This document shows, piece after piece, positions 44,605-54,342 of a stretch of DNA of 64,000 nucleotides (the stretch's first letter is position 1; every line of letters begins with the position of its first letter). A program made the translations under genes and the position numbers. The notes under the pieces were generated by a model, which did not search any database, was not told the DNA's origin, and worked only from the letters and a program-made list of their open reading frames with translations. This DNA is from a virus. The stretch lies in the IMG/VR virus record IMGVR_UViG_3300022752_000021, one strand, 5' to 3'.

Positions 44605-44829
44605 ATGGACAGACAATATTCAGAATCATTTTCCATCCCAACGGGTGGATGGACGGGTGGGGCAAATGCGATTATGTGTACAGCAACTGCTCTAACAACA
44701 GGCATAACCGCAGATGTCAAATTGTGGAGAGATAGCGCAACCACGCGCATTGTCATGGCACCAGGAGAGATCCTACCACTCAAGGTTCGTTACATCAATC
44801 ACAACTCGACAGTAATCGGATTCAACTGA
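44605..44829 (+). CDS. Small late protein
   Basis: CTAAATA promoter, AGGAGG RBS. Confidence 0.55.
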   Translation: MDRQYSESFSIPTGGWTGGANAIMCTATALTTGITADVKLWRDSATTRIVMAPGEILPLKVRYINHNSTVIGFN

Positions 44830-45476
44830 TACCACTGGTTGTACAACTGAAGAGAACTAAGAAGCCCGGGGACATATTCCACGGGCTTTTTTACGAACTC
44901 CTGTAAAACTCCCGTCTCGCAAGCCACAAGAATCACAATCTGCTCGACCTTTCGACCAGTGAGTTCTTGGAACATCAAAGAGTATGCCGTGGCTTGCTGA
45001 AAGTAGTTCTTGATTCCTCCTGAATACTTCTCTCGCGTTGAACCTTTGAAGTCCACCACAGAAAGTTTACCATCGTAATCACAGATGCAGTCAACTCTGC
45101 CAGCAAGTCCTACACTCTCACTCCACATGTGTTGTTCAAGTGCATAGACATTGTCGATCTTTGTCTCGACATGGTTCTTCAGCATTTCGTAGAGTTCATT
45201 GACATCAGAATGTTCGCAAAGAACAACATCCTCATTCTTGAGAAGATGCTCCATCATTGAGTGGATGATGTTTCCGCGATCACAGACTCGCTGTGCCTCG
45301 CGAGGATTTGCCCTACGCCAAATCTCTATGCCGTCCTTACCTTCGAAGCCTGTTACCGTCGTAACAGACGGCAGATGCTTTCCTGAAGGTGTAACGTAGA
45401 CTCTCCCATGCTTGCTCTCAAGCACACGGAGTTCGGGAAGGTTTAGTTGTACAGGTTGGTAGTTGTATGTTTTCAA
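44799..45476 (-). CDS. PD-(D/E)XK exonuclease
   Basis: PSVTTV, RGNIIH, AGRVDCI, VVDFK, YFQQATAY. Confidence 0.88.
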   Translation of the reverse strand: MKTYNYQPVQLNLPELRVLESKHGRVYVTPSGKHLPSVTTVTGFEGKDGIEIWRRANPREAQRVCDRGNIIHSMMEHLLKNEDVVLCEHSDVNELYEMLKNHVETKIDNVYALEQHMWSESVGLAGRVDCICDYDGKLSVVDFKGSTREKYSGGIKNYFQQATAYSLMFQELTGRKVEQIVILVACETGVLQEFVKKPVEYVPGLLSSLQLYNQWYQLNPITVEL

Positions 45477-45779
45477 TCATCTATCTATTTCACAGGGAGG
45501 AGTTGGAAAGTCCTTGCTCCTCTTTGATATATCCATGGTTTGACCAGGTGTTTTCACTCTAGTCTTCTTTTCTACATCTTTCTTCTCGGAAATAACTTCC
45601 TTGAAGTAAGCCACGGTTTCACTCACACTCATATTAGTATAACGTGCTTCTCTGATGATGTCAACATACTTCTGATTAGAAACTATTGCTTGCCACGGAA
45701 GATTCATTCTATCGGCACAGCGACGAGCAAACTGATAGTCTGACTCATGCTTCTCGGTCAATTTCTTCTTTTGTGCCAT
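45477..45779 (-). CDS. Hypothetical protein
   Basis: AAGGA RBS before MAQKKK. Confidence 0.5.
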   Translation of the reverse strand: MAQKKKLTEKHESDYQFARRCADRMNLPWQAIVSNQKYVDIIREARYTNMSVSETVAYFKEVISEKKDVEKKTRVKTPGQTMDISKRSKDFPTPPCEIDR

Positions 45780-45951
45780 TTGTAGTCTTCCTTTTCGTGG
45801 GTTTTGGGTTGAACAAAGATTCTTTTTCTTTTTCATTCAAACCAAAAAATCCAATATCAATGAGCAACTTTGCTCTTTCTTTCTTCAACTCATCGGTTGA
45901 TGAAAGGATTGTTTTCAATGATTCAATCAATGCTTTGTTGCTCTTCTTCAT
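45745..45951 (-). CDS. Hypothetical protein
   Basis: ATAAATA just upstream of MKKSNK. Confidence 0.45.
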   Translation of the reverse strand: MKKSNKALIESLKTILSSTDELKKERAKLLIDIGFFGLNEKEKESLFNPKPTKRKTTNGTKEEIDREA

Positions 45952-45979
45952 ACCACTATTTATCCTTATCATGTTCTGA

Positions 45980-46133
45980 AATAAAACAAGGGTCTGCAAT
46001 GAAGCAGACCCTTGGGTAGCGAAACCCCTTGTCAGGAACGAGTAAGTTACTCTCGTCCGATGTGCGATGAACAGCGTAATGACTTGCCCTGTCATCCACG
46101 ACCGACTCGGTAAACGAACGGTTGGGGCATTAC
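45980..46133 (-). ncRNA. Candidate late structured small RNA
   Basis: TATAAATA at 46141-46134, multiple stems, CAAGGGTCTGC/GCAGACCCTTG terminator. Confidence 0.5.
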
Positions 46134-46200
46134 TATTTATAAAAAAGAAAATCCCCGATCTCTCGGGGACTTCTCAAGACCATAACAAATAAATCAAAAC

Positions 46201-47139
46201 TCACTCATTTGCCAACTTCTTGAAGTACGACAATGCATCATCCTCATCGTCATCTTCACTTACCTTGGTCTTTGGCTTTGCTTCCCGACCAGGAGCCTTC
46301 GCTTCGGCAGTTGGGAACTTCGGGGTGAACTTCTTCTCCGAAACATCCTCTTCTTCCTCTGAAATATCCATGTCCTCTGCCTTCTGAGACTGAGAACCAT
46401 TGATGACTGATTGGAACTTCGTCTTGAGTTCCCCGTAAGCCTTGAACTGATCTGGCTTCACGAAGTCAAGCAATGAGTATTCCTTGCGCCACAGAGCCTC
46501 AAGTGCCTTGTCATCTCCGTCGAGGAGAGGTGAAGATGCAGAGAACTCCGACTTGTCGTAGTTGCGATATCCATCGACATTGCGAATCTTGATCTTGAAG
46601 TTCGCTCCCTGCCAGAAGTCGAATGGATTCACAGCATCCTCGTCCTTGTACTGAGGATTCATCTTGTCATTGATCTTGTCGAAGATCTTCTTACCATAGC
46701 GGTAGAGGAAAACCTTTCCATTGTTGGCAGGATTGACAGGATCTTCAATCACAAGGACATTGCTGATGTAGGACAACTTACGCTTGCGATCCCGTGCAAT
46801 GTTCTTGTCATCGTCATTTCCGCTGTTCCACAACTCATTGTTTGCTTCACAGACAGGACACTTCTGACCGATTGTAGTGGGGCAGTTCTCAATGTACCAA
46901 CCGCCCTTTGCTTGAAATCCGTGGCTGAAGACACGAACCCAAGGAAGATCCTCATTTGGAGGTGCGGGGAGGAAACGGATGACTGCATATCCGTTGCCAG
47001 TCTTGTCAACTTCAGGTTGCCAGAGGCGATCATCCTTATAGGAGTTTTCGCCTCCACCCTTTGTGACCTTCTCTAGTTCCTTGGCAATCTTGCCAAGGTT
47101 GTTCTTTGAACTCTTCTTGAAACTTGCGAAATCTGACAT
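46201..47139 (-). CDS. gp32: Single-stranded DNA-binding protein, T4 gp32-like
   Basis: DDRLWQPEVDKTGNGYAVIRFLP, WYIENCPTT, YGKKIFDKI, GANFKIKI, acidic tail. Confidence 0.96.
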   Translation of the reverse strand: MSDFASFKKSSKNNLGKIAKELEKVTKGGGENSYKDDRLWQPEVDKTGNGYAVIRFLPAPPNEDLPWVRVFSHGFQAKGGWYIENCPTTIGQKCPVCEANNELWNSGNDDDKNIARDRKRKLSYISNVLVIEDPVNPANNGKVFLYRYGKKIFDKINDKMNPQYKDEDAVNPFDFWQGANFKIKIRNVDGYRNYDKSEFSASSPLLDGDDKALEALWRKEYSLLDFVKPDQFKAYGELKTKFQSVINGSQSQKAEDMDISEEEEDVSEKKFTPKFPTAEAKAPGREAKPKTKVSEDDDEDDALSYFKKLANE

Positions 47140-47210
47140 CGTATTGCTCCTTTTGCTAGGTGTACTGAGTATCTGACAATGTGCTGAGTATACAGCGTGT
47201 ACGGCGTATG

Positions 47211-47426
47211 TCAAGCGAATGGTAGCGACTTCTTGCGTGGTAATAGATTCACTTGTCGTGCTTCGTTCTCAATGTTTTCAATGATGGGACGAGACAAGTG
47301 CTTTGCCACAAGTGAAGCATCAATCGAATGCTCTTCGCAAATTTCCAAAACTGCCTCCATGTAGGAGATCTTTCTATTGGAAACCATTCGTTCTATGAGA
47401 TTTGATATTTGTGTTGGGTCAATCAT
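47211..47426 (-). CDS. gp33: Late transcription coactivator, T4 gp33-like
   Basis: YMEAVLEICEEHSID...IENEARQVNLL; adjacent to gp32. Confidence 0.85.
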   Translation of the reverse strand: MIDPTQISNLIERMVSNRKISYMEAVLEICEEHSIDASLVAKHLSRPIIENIENEARQVNLLPRKKSLPFA

Positions 47427-47464
47427 GATGAGGATTATACTCTATGTATTGTGATGTCAAGCCA

Positions 47465-47472
47465 TATAAATA
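47465..47472 (+). promoter_or_regulatory. T4-type late promoter TATAAATA
   Basis: Exact consensus upstream of the structural operon. Confidence 0.8.
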
Positions 47473-47505
47473 ATCAAGATCACAGAATCATAAAAAGGAA
47501 CTAAA

Positions 47506-49101
47506 ATGGCTTTTGACACAGACAACAATGTAGCAGTATCAGGATTTTCGGGAGAAGCAGTAATAGCAACAGATTACTCTGCATCAGAGGGTAATCATTT
47601 TCAAGTAATGAAGATTGCTTATGGTGCTACTGGTGAAGGTGGCACAAGAGTCACATCATCAAACGGTTTGCCAGTTGCTATCGTAAACACTCCAACGGTT
47701 GCTGTGTCGAGTGTTGGTGGAACTGTAACTGTAACAGGAACTGTGAGTGTAACTCAACCCGTTGGAGTCACAGCAACAGATCTTGATATTAGAACACTAA
47801 CCGCAGGAGATCCAACAACTGCTGGTGCAATCACTCAAGATGTTGTTCGTGTGGTTGGATACTCTGGTGGTTGGGCAGTTGGAGTCACAGCAACAAACTT
47901 TGGAATTCGTGCATTGACAGCAGGAGATCCCACGACTGCTGGTGCAGCGGGTCAAGATGTTGTCAGAATCGTCGGATACTCTGGTGGTTGGGCAGTTGGA
48001 GTTACTGCTGTTGACCTCGATATTCGATCTTTGACTGGAACCTCAGACAGTGTTGCTATATACGGCACAGTATCGGTTCAGGCTGTAACAGGACCATTTG
48101 ATGCAACAGATCCAAATGTTGGATTTCAAACACGACTTCTCAGGGCAACAAGAGATGCTACTGGAGCAATCAGTGATTTAGATTTGAGTGGTCGATTGAG
48201 CGCACAAGGAATAGTAGAAGATAGTGTCCGCGTCATTGGTCTTTCTGGTGCCTGGCCCGTTTCAGTCTTCTCACATGGTCTTACAAACATCACCAACTAC
48301 GATACCAAAATCCCATTCCATGTTGACAGTACTGGTGCGTTGTTTGTGAACCTTGCGAGTGGGTCGATTGGTGTCACTGCAAATATTGCAAGTGTTACCG
48401 TTGGTGCTGTAACAATAAGTGGATTATCTCTAGCAAGTGCAACAGCAGCAAGCGAAGTATTGCAAATTAATGGGTATACGGGTGCTGGTTCTATACCAGT
48501 TACTGTTGGAGGAACGGTTAATATTGGTGGAACAGGTCTTTCGTATATTAATAACATAAAAGATATACTTTTTGGATCTACGGGATCTGGCATACTTGTT
48601 GATGCCACAGGCGACTTAGAGACGAAATTTATTGATAAGATTTCATTCCATGAAGAGACGAATGAAAAATGGCTACGAGTCGCTGGCTATAAAGATGCGA
48701 GTATGAATGATGCACTTGGTTCTATACAGACTGATGTAGATGATCTGCGTAAGATATTTCTTACTAACACATCAGCAACATCTGTGGTATCATCCAATGG
48801 ATTGTTGAAAGTTGATGTTCAGGCAATAGCACAACCAACAGGTGGAACTTCAAATAGGGTTGCGGTTTCTAACAGTTCACCAACCACATTCGCATCTGTT
48901 GCTCTATCAAGTGGTATACACTTCCGCAGTGATCTAAACAATAGTGGAACTATATTTGTTGGATTCTCTTCCGCAGTTTCGTCTCAGAATGGATTCCCAT
49001 TGTATGCGGGAGATCAAATCTTCATCGAAACAGACAACTTGAATAGACTTCAGACATGGTCAACAATCAACGGTGCTACTCTCTATTACATAGGAACCTA
49101 A
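47506..49101 (+). CDS. Virion structural/fibre-like protein with internal repeats
   Basis: Beta-rich G/T/V composition; repeated GVTATxxxIRxLTAGDPTTAG unit. Confidence 0.6.
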   Translation: MAFDTDNNVAVSGFSGEAVIATDYSASEGNHFQVMKIAYGATGEGGTRVTSSNGLPVAIVNTPTVAVSSVGGTVTVTGTVSVTQPVGVTATDLDIRTLTAGDPTTAGAITQDVVRVVGYSGGWAVGVTATNFGIRALTAGDPTTAGAAGQDVVRIVGYSGGWAVGVTAVDLDIRSLTGTSDSVAIYGTVSVQAVTGPFDATDPNVGFQTRLLRATRDATGAISDLDLSGRLSAQGIVEDSVRVIGLSGAWPVSVFSHGLTNITNYDTKIPFHVDSTGALFVNLASGSIGVTANIASVTVGAVTISGLSLASATAASEVLQINGYTGAGSIPVTVGGTVNIGGTGLSYINNIKDILFGSTGSGILVDATGDLETKFIDKISFHEETNEKWLRVAGYKDASMNDALGSIQTDVDDLRKIFLTNTSATSVVSSNGLLKVDVQAIAQPTGGTSNRVAVSNSSPTTFASVALSSGIHFRSDLNNSGTIFVGFSSAVSSQNGFPLYAGDQIFIETDNLNRLQTWSTINGATLYYIGT

Positions 49102-49104
49102 TAC

Positions 49105-49488
49105 ATGCGTAGTGACTTTATAAACAAACGATTCATCAGCAATAAAAGACTATTATCTCAAACGCAGTTTGTTGATACTGAAATCATAGTCATACCAGAG
49201 TTTGATACTTTCTATTACCACAATCCACCATCAGCCTTTGTAGATAAATGGGGTGGAATTATTAGTGGAAATTTTGAAGAAGCAACACAAATTCCAATCG
49301 GACTATTGAATCCGTGGAATGATGGAGACGATGCCCCAGCAGAGGGTGGAATGCTTGGCGCATCCATTCCAGTGAGAACACCAACAAGAACAGCAATGGC
49401 TTTTAACTTGTCATCGCTTCCAGCAAATGCAAATATAACTGACGCAAAACTTATCCTTACAGTATCAAGTAAAAGAGATTGGGATTAA
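49105..49488 (+). CDS. Protein ending in the N-terminal half of a DNRLRE/CBM96-like domain
   Basis: RTAMAFNLSSLPANANITDAKLILTV. Confidence 0.55.
   Translation: MRSDFINKRFISNKRLLSQTQFVDTEIIVIPEFDTFYYHNPPSAFVDKWGGIISGNFEEATQIPIGLLNPWNDGDDAPAEGGMLGASIPVRTPTRTAMAFNLSSLPANANITDAKLILTVSSKRDWD
49459..49488 (+). repeat. 30-bp direct repeat (copy 2 at 54310-54339) preceding each large paralog
   Basis: ACAGTATCAAGTAAAAGAGATTGGGATTAA. Confidence 0.9.
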
Positions 49489-49509
49489 AAATCAAAAGGT
49501 ACTTTAGTA

Positions 49510-52500
49510 ATGTTCAATCCACCCGTCATAGTTCCGTCAAGTCTGATCAATCAGTTTACCACAACATCACAACCATACATGGTGGACGACAATGGTGTTT
49601 GGAGAGGAGTAACTGAGCCTCTAATAGCAGATAAATTGACAGAAAATGGTATACTGCCTGATATGATCGACGATATTGATCCTATTCACTATCCTCTTCG
49701 TACACCAGGTTTAAATAAAAATGTAATTTGCAGATGGCTAACACCATCATATCAGACTATTGGTGGAGAAAGAAACCCATCATATCTTGATGTTGGGGTT
49801 ATCGCGTTTCATCATAGTGGAATAGATAAGGTTGTTTTTTATCTCAATGGAATATCAAATCCAATAATAGTTACAGAAGTAACATATAATCCAGAGCAGG
49901 ATGTAAGTGCCTATTGGGTGCGTTTAGATTCCTCTTTGTTTCCGATTGATAGTGGTGATATAATTTCTAGAGGAGAAACGACCTCTGCTTTGCCAAAACC
50001 AACATCAATAGAAATAAAACCACACCATGAATTGCAAGCCGTGATATATCCAAAAAATGGAAAACCAAGAATACTTGTTGGAAAGCATAACAACAATAAA
50101 AATACTTTAGCATACAATGCAATATCTGAATATACAGATCCAGATACTGGTCTAATGGTGGGGACATCAGAAAATACTGGAATACGATCTTTCTATTTTT
50201 CGACAAACACATCAAATACATTATTCAATAAAGCCGTTTATGTTGATGCAACTTCAAATGGCATTGATGATATTTCTAGATCTGGTTCATCTGATCAGCC
50301 ATTTAAAACCATTGAATTTGCCATCAAGCGGCTGATGGCTTTTAAGCATAAACACTACAATCCATTTTCAACTACAGAAATTAAAACTATGGGAGATGTT
50401 GGTGGAGGGACAATATATCTCAAAGATCTTGGTGAAGGATCAGAATTATACAATGGTCACAAATGGGGAGCCATTTCTTGGACAGGATCCCCACAATATA
50501 AATCTTTTGCGAGAATGCGTTGGTTGACTATTGAGCGAGATCCAATGGTTGCTGATGGTAAACATGCCAAAATAAAAGGGTGTCATCTTCAAAGCACAGG
50601 GAAACTCACAAAAGAAAATATGGGCAAAGGTATTTGTGTCCAACTAATAAAACTAAACAATTGTGTCGTGGAGATGGACTGGCCCTGGTCGGAATATGCG
50701 TTTGGTATTGGTCCGGAACTAGATTATTCTCATATAAATCAAGGCGTTGCACCAGATGCTAATTTACAGAATAATTTTAAAATATGGAAGATTAAAAGAG
50801 GAACATCAAATTTCAACACCCCAACTATAAGTGCAACAGATCAAGAATTTCCAGTACTCTCATTTAATGAAACATCACTAAATTCATTTGAATATGATTC
50901 ATCACTTGAAATATTAGTGTCATCAGCATTGGGGTTTGTGCCACCATATCAATGGTTGAACCACACTGTAGTTGATGGTGGGGAAAGAAATAGGCATAAA
51001 ATATACGAATGGGCTAAAGCAAATGGAATGACCTATTCCACCACTATGGTACCAGTACCAGATTTTAAAACCAATCTTTCGGTTCAATTTTCAGAAAATA
51101 AGAAAGGTGTATTTGCTTCAGACGGTATCACGCCAATACCAAGTGGGTTGTCTCTCAGCAGTGTTCCAGCCATATTTGTAAAGGCTCAATCAGATATGGT
51201 TGGGTTCACAACATCTATGGGATATACATTTGAATTTCCGTGGACAGATCCAGAAGGGTCAAGCCCAAATGCCCAGATATGGAACAATACTGCTCTGTAT
51301 GCATTTATAACAAACTCGGTAATTAAGCATGTGCAAGAACCAGCAAAATTGGCGATTGATATCTTGGTTAATTCTACCATAGATCAATGGGAAGCAGACA
51401 TTATTAGAGCAAGTGGAGTTTATTATCAACTGTTTACCATAAACGGATTTAGAACTCACAACTATGTTAATGCTTCTGGTGCGCCCCTGTTTAGAATACA
51501 CTCAGATTTATTTCAAACGAATAGTGGCTATTATTCGTTCAAATCAAAAATTGCTGGTATAAACAATCTAATAATCCACAGATTCAATAACCCAAGCCCA
51601 AGAAGCAAAAGATATTACGATATAGATGCTAGACATGGAGTTTCTGGAGAAGGACCATTAGTTGATATAAGACAAGAAGGACAATGGTCTATTTCAGGAA
51701 GAATAATAAATGCGCTGTCAGACAGATTGCATAACTATTCTATAGCCGAAGGTGGAGATGGACTAACTTATGAATTTTTCGGAGGTAGATATGTTAGAGA
51801 TATAGTGTTTTCTGATTGCCTTTTGAAGACATCAGATGGATCTCAACAAATAGTTCTAACATGTCCACAGGAAAATGTTCTGTTTTATAACACACAGATT
51901 GTGTCTGGTGTATCAACTCGACCAATACCCAACAACAGTTTTCTTGGACAAAGCACCTTTGGGGGTAGCGTATATCGTTATAAAGATGCAGTTCCATCAG
52001 CACCATCTTTGAATTATCCAAGTGGAGGAAATAATTTAAATAATGATGATTGTCTACACTATGATCTAGTTGTTTTTGATAATGTTCAACAATACTGCAT
52101 GTCAGACATAGATGAAAGTCTTTTAGATCCTTATGAAAGGCAACTGATTATATTTGTTGGTGATGGAACATCAAATCCAAATAATTTGAAAAGTGTTAAT
52201 ATAGATTTTAGAGGTAGACCAGATGGTAGCAGACCGAAATACATGCGAGAGGCTAGAACTCTTCTTTCCGATTTGAATTATCCATTTGAAAGAGTGAATG
52301 GTCAGGCTGGACCAAACCAATCAGTAGGAACGAATGCAAATATATTCTTCCCCGTTCTAGCAACAGATAAAGATCATGCAATAGCAAATAATATTGGATT
52401 AGTTGAAAACCAACCAAATAGTACTACAAGAGGTATTTGGTATCAAAATACATTAGAGGGAGATTTTGTCGGGGCAAATTATGGGTGGATGCCATCAGCA

Positions 52501-54234
52501 ATAACTTATGAAAACTTCATTCTTCCGAAAAATCCAAGCACTGGAATAACTCTTTCTAAAACGAATGCAGAAATATTAAATCTAGATCCAAACAATCAAT
52601 TTTTAAATAAGCAAAAACTTGGTTGGCAAGAAAATCCTAATCAAAGAGGATTCAAAAACAATCTACAGTATAGATTCACAAACTTTGATTACGATGGTAC
52701 TAGATCTGAGTTTGGAGAAATTCTTCAGAGAAGTGCATTCGAAGAAGATCAAACAGGAACCATAACCAATCCACCACCTATTTCAAACCATCCCATCACT
52801 ATCAGCCTCACCACAACAGACATACAAAAAGACATCTCATGGGCAAGTAAAGACACGTTCAATGGTATAACTCACGGAAAAGATTCTTTCTACACCCAAA
52901 CACTACAGATACCAAACTACCTAGAAAGAATTGAAGACATCACGGATCCAGCAGATGATCCTGAAATTGGTCCTAGTAGAAGCAATGAAATATCAGGAAA
53001 CAGTGACATAACACCAAATCAAGGTGGTGTTTATGTTACGGGTGGATCGGTTGACATAACACTAAATACAACTATTGGTGCTGTAAACTCAATCGACGTA
53101 AAGAACCTTGCAACTAAATTTCAATCTGTAGTCAGAACTGCTAATGGAAATACCTTTGCAGTTATTCTTCATGGCAAGACTATACCAAACACGGAATTTG
53201 GTGAGTACAAATATGTTGCACCACAATCTATGTCAAGAGAAGAATGGGAGCAACTAGGTAGTCCACCCGATATAGATCCAGACGGGCTTCACTATCAAAA
53301 TTTCTACAAAGAGTTTGCGTACATTGCATTCAACAGTAAAGAATCACCAATAACCTCATCTATAACAAGCAATCAGATATCATTCCGTAAATCACCACAC
53401 CACACTTATATCAATTTTTCACAACCGGAAATGGACGGGCTTTCATTGTCAAGTGGTGCTACGGGTCTTTCTTATGTTGATCTTGTGACGGGATCGCCAT
53501 TTGTGGCAACAAAGATTACTAAACTACAAGCACTTCTCAAGGGTATAACTTGTAACATTAATTCTTATGGCGAATTTACAAGCGCAAGTAAAACAAATAC
53601 TGCGGGAACAAACCCACAAGTTATAACTTGTACAAATAAGACAAGAAAGTTTGTGGATTTGATAGAGAATGGAAACAAGATTGTTTTTCAGGGTATTCTT
53701 GCGAGCGGTAGTAGTTCCATTTTCAATTCAACTACTCCGAGATATGAACACAATGGTTCAATGGGATCGGTCAATGCAGCATATCAACAAAATCCACTCA
53801 ACCAAGCAACACCACACTATGTTATACCGCCACCAATAATTGATCAAGATGGCAATATCTCATCACCAATAACTATTCATTTCAGATTCCTAAACCCCAT
53901 ATCGTTTGGAAATAAGAATCTTCTTGCATATAAAGTTCCAGTCGGTGGAACAAGATTGTTTGGTGGAACATCAAATTTAGGAATCACTGCTGGTTCTTAT
54001 GTAAGAATAAGCAACTCTACATCAAATAATGGAATCTATCAAGTACTCTCTGTTGCTGATGGTATTGAAGGTGATACTGCTTCAAATACCAAGACGGGTG
54101 GTTCAACCGAATATCAATATCTTGAGTTGAGTAGAACAATAGTTCCCGAAGAACAGGCTGGTAGTAACAGTATAAAAATTGAAAATGTGTCTCATCTGCC
54201 TATACTACACATCAAGTATAGACAACCAGTATAA
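49510..54234 (+). CDS. Large virion/receptor-binding-like protein, paralog A
   Basis: GVIAFHHSGIDKV; VYVD...GSSDQPFKTI (beta-helix entry motif); C-terminal about 480 aa shared with paralog B. Confidence 0.65.
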   Translation: MFNPPVIVPSSLINQFTTTSQPYMVDDNGVWRGVTEPLIADKLTENGILPDMIDDIDPIHYPLRTPGLNKNVICRWLTPSYQTIGGERNPSYLDVGVIAFHHSGIDKVVFYLNGISNPIIVTEVTYNPEQDVSAYWVRLDSSLFPIDSGDIISRGETTSALPKPTSIEIKPHHELQAVIYPKNGKPRILVGKHNNNKNTLAYNAISEYTDPDTGLMVGTSENTGIRSFYFSTNTSNTLFNKAVYVDATSNGIDDISRSGSSDQPFKTIEFAIKRLMAFKHKHYNPFSTTEIKTMGDVGGGTIYLKDLGEGSELYNGHKWGAISWTGSPQYKSFARMRWLTIERDPMVADGKHAKIKGCHLQSTGKLTKENMGKGICVQLIKLNNCVVEMDWPWSEYAFGIGPELDYSHINQGVAPDANLQNNFKIWKIKRGTSNFNTPTISATDQEFPVLSFNETSLNSFEYDSSLEILVSSALGFVPPYQWLNHTVVDGGERNRHKIYEWAKANGMTYSTTMVPVPDFKTNLSVQFSENKKGVFASDGITPIPSGLSLSSVPAIFVKAQSDMVGFTTSMGYTFEFPWTDPEGSSPNAQIWNNTALYAFITNSVIKHVQEPAKLAIDILVNSTIDQWEADIIRASGVYYQLFTINGFRTHNYVNASGAPLFRIHSDLFQTNSGYYSFKSKIAGINNLIIHRFNNPSPRSKRYYDIDARHGVSGEGPLVDIRQEGQWSISGRIINALSDRLHNYSIAEGGDGLTYEFFGGRYVRDIVFSDCLLKTSDGSQQIVLTCPQENVLFYNTQIVSGVSTRPIPNNSFLGQSTFGGSVYRYKDAVPSAPSLNYPSGGNNLNNDDCLHYDLVVFDNVQQYCMSDIDESLLDPYERQLIIFVGDGTSNPNNLKSVNIDFRGRPDGSRPKYMREARTLLSDLNYPFERVNGQAGPNQSVGTNANIFFPVLATDKDHAIANNIGLVENQPNSTTRGIWYQNTLEGDFVGANYGWMPSAITYENFILPKNPSTGITLSKTNAEILNLDPNNQFLNKQKLGWQENPNQRGFKNNLQYRFTNFDYDGTRSEFGEILQRSAFEEDQTGTITNPPPISNHPITISLTTTDIQKDISWASKDTFNGITHGKDSFYTQTLQIPNYLERIEDITDPADDPEIGPSRSNEISGNSDITPNQGGVYVTGGSVDITLNTTIGAVNSIDVKNLATKFQSVVRTANGNTFAVILHGKTIPNTEFGEYKYVAPQSMSREEWEQLGSPPDIDPDGLHYQNFYKEFAYIAFNSKESPITSSITSNQISFRKSPHHTYINFSQPEMDGLSLSSGATGLSYVDLVTGSPFVATKITKLQALLKGITCNINSYGEFTSASKTNTAGTNPQVITCTNKTRKFVDLIENGNKIVFQGILASGSSSIFNSTTPRYEHNGSMGSVNAAYQQNPLNQATPHYVIPPPIIDQDGNISSPITIHFRFLNPISFGNKNLLAYKVPVGGTRLFGGTSNLGITAGSYVRISNSTSNNGIYQVLSVADGIEGDTASNTKTGGSTEYQYLELSRTIVPEEQAGSNSIKIENVSHLPILHIKYRQPV

Positions 54235-54252
54235 AGCAAAAGGGCATAAATC

Positions 54253-54339
54253 ATGCAATTATTTTCACCACCAATTATTGAAGCGCATTCTAGCAGAAAC
54301 ACTTTCACAACAGTATCAAGTAAAAGAGATTGGGATTAA
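54253..54339 (+). CDS. Chimeric mini-ORF (28 aa), possibly a relic
   Basis: MQLFSPPIIEAHSSRNTFTTVSSKRDWD. Confidence 0.35.
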   Translation: MQLFSPPIIEAHSSRNTFTTVSSKRDWD

Positions 54340-54342
54340 GAA

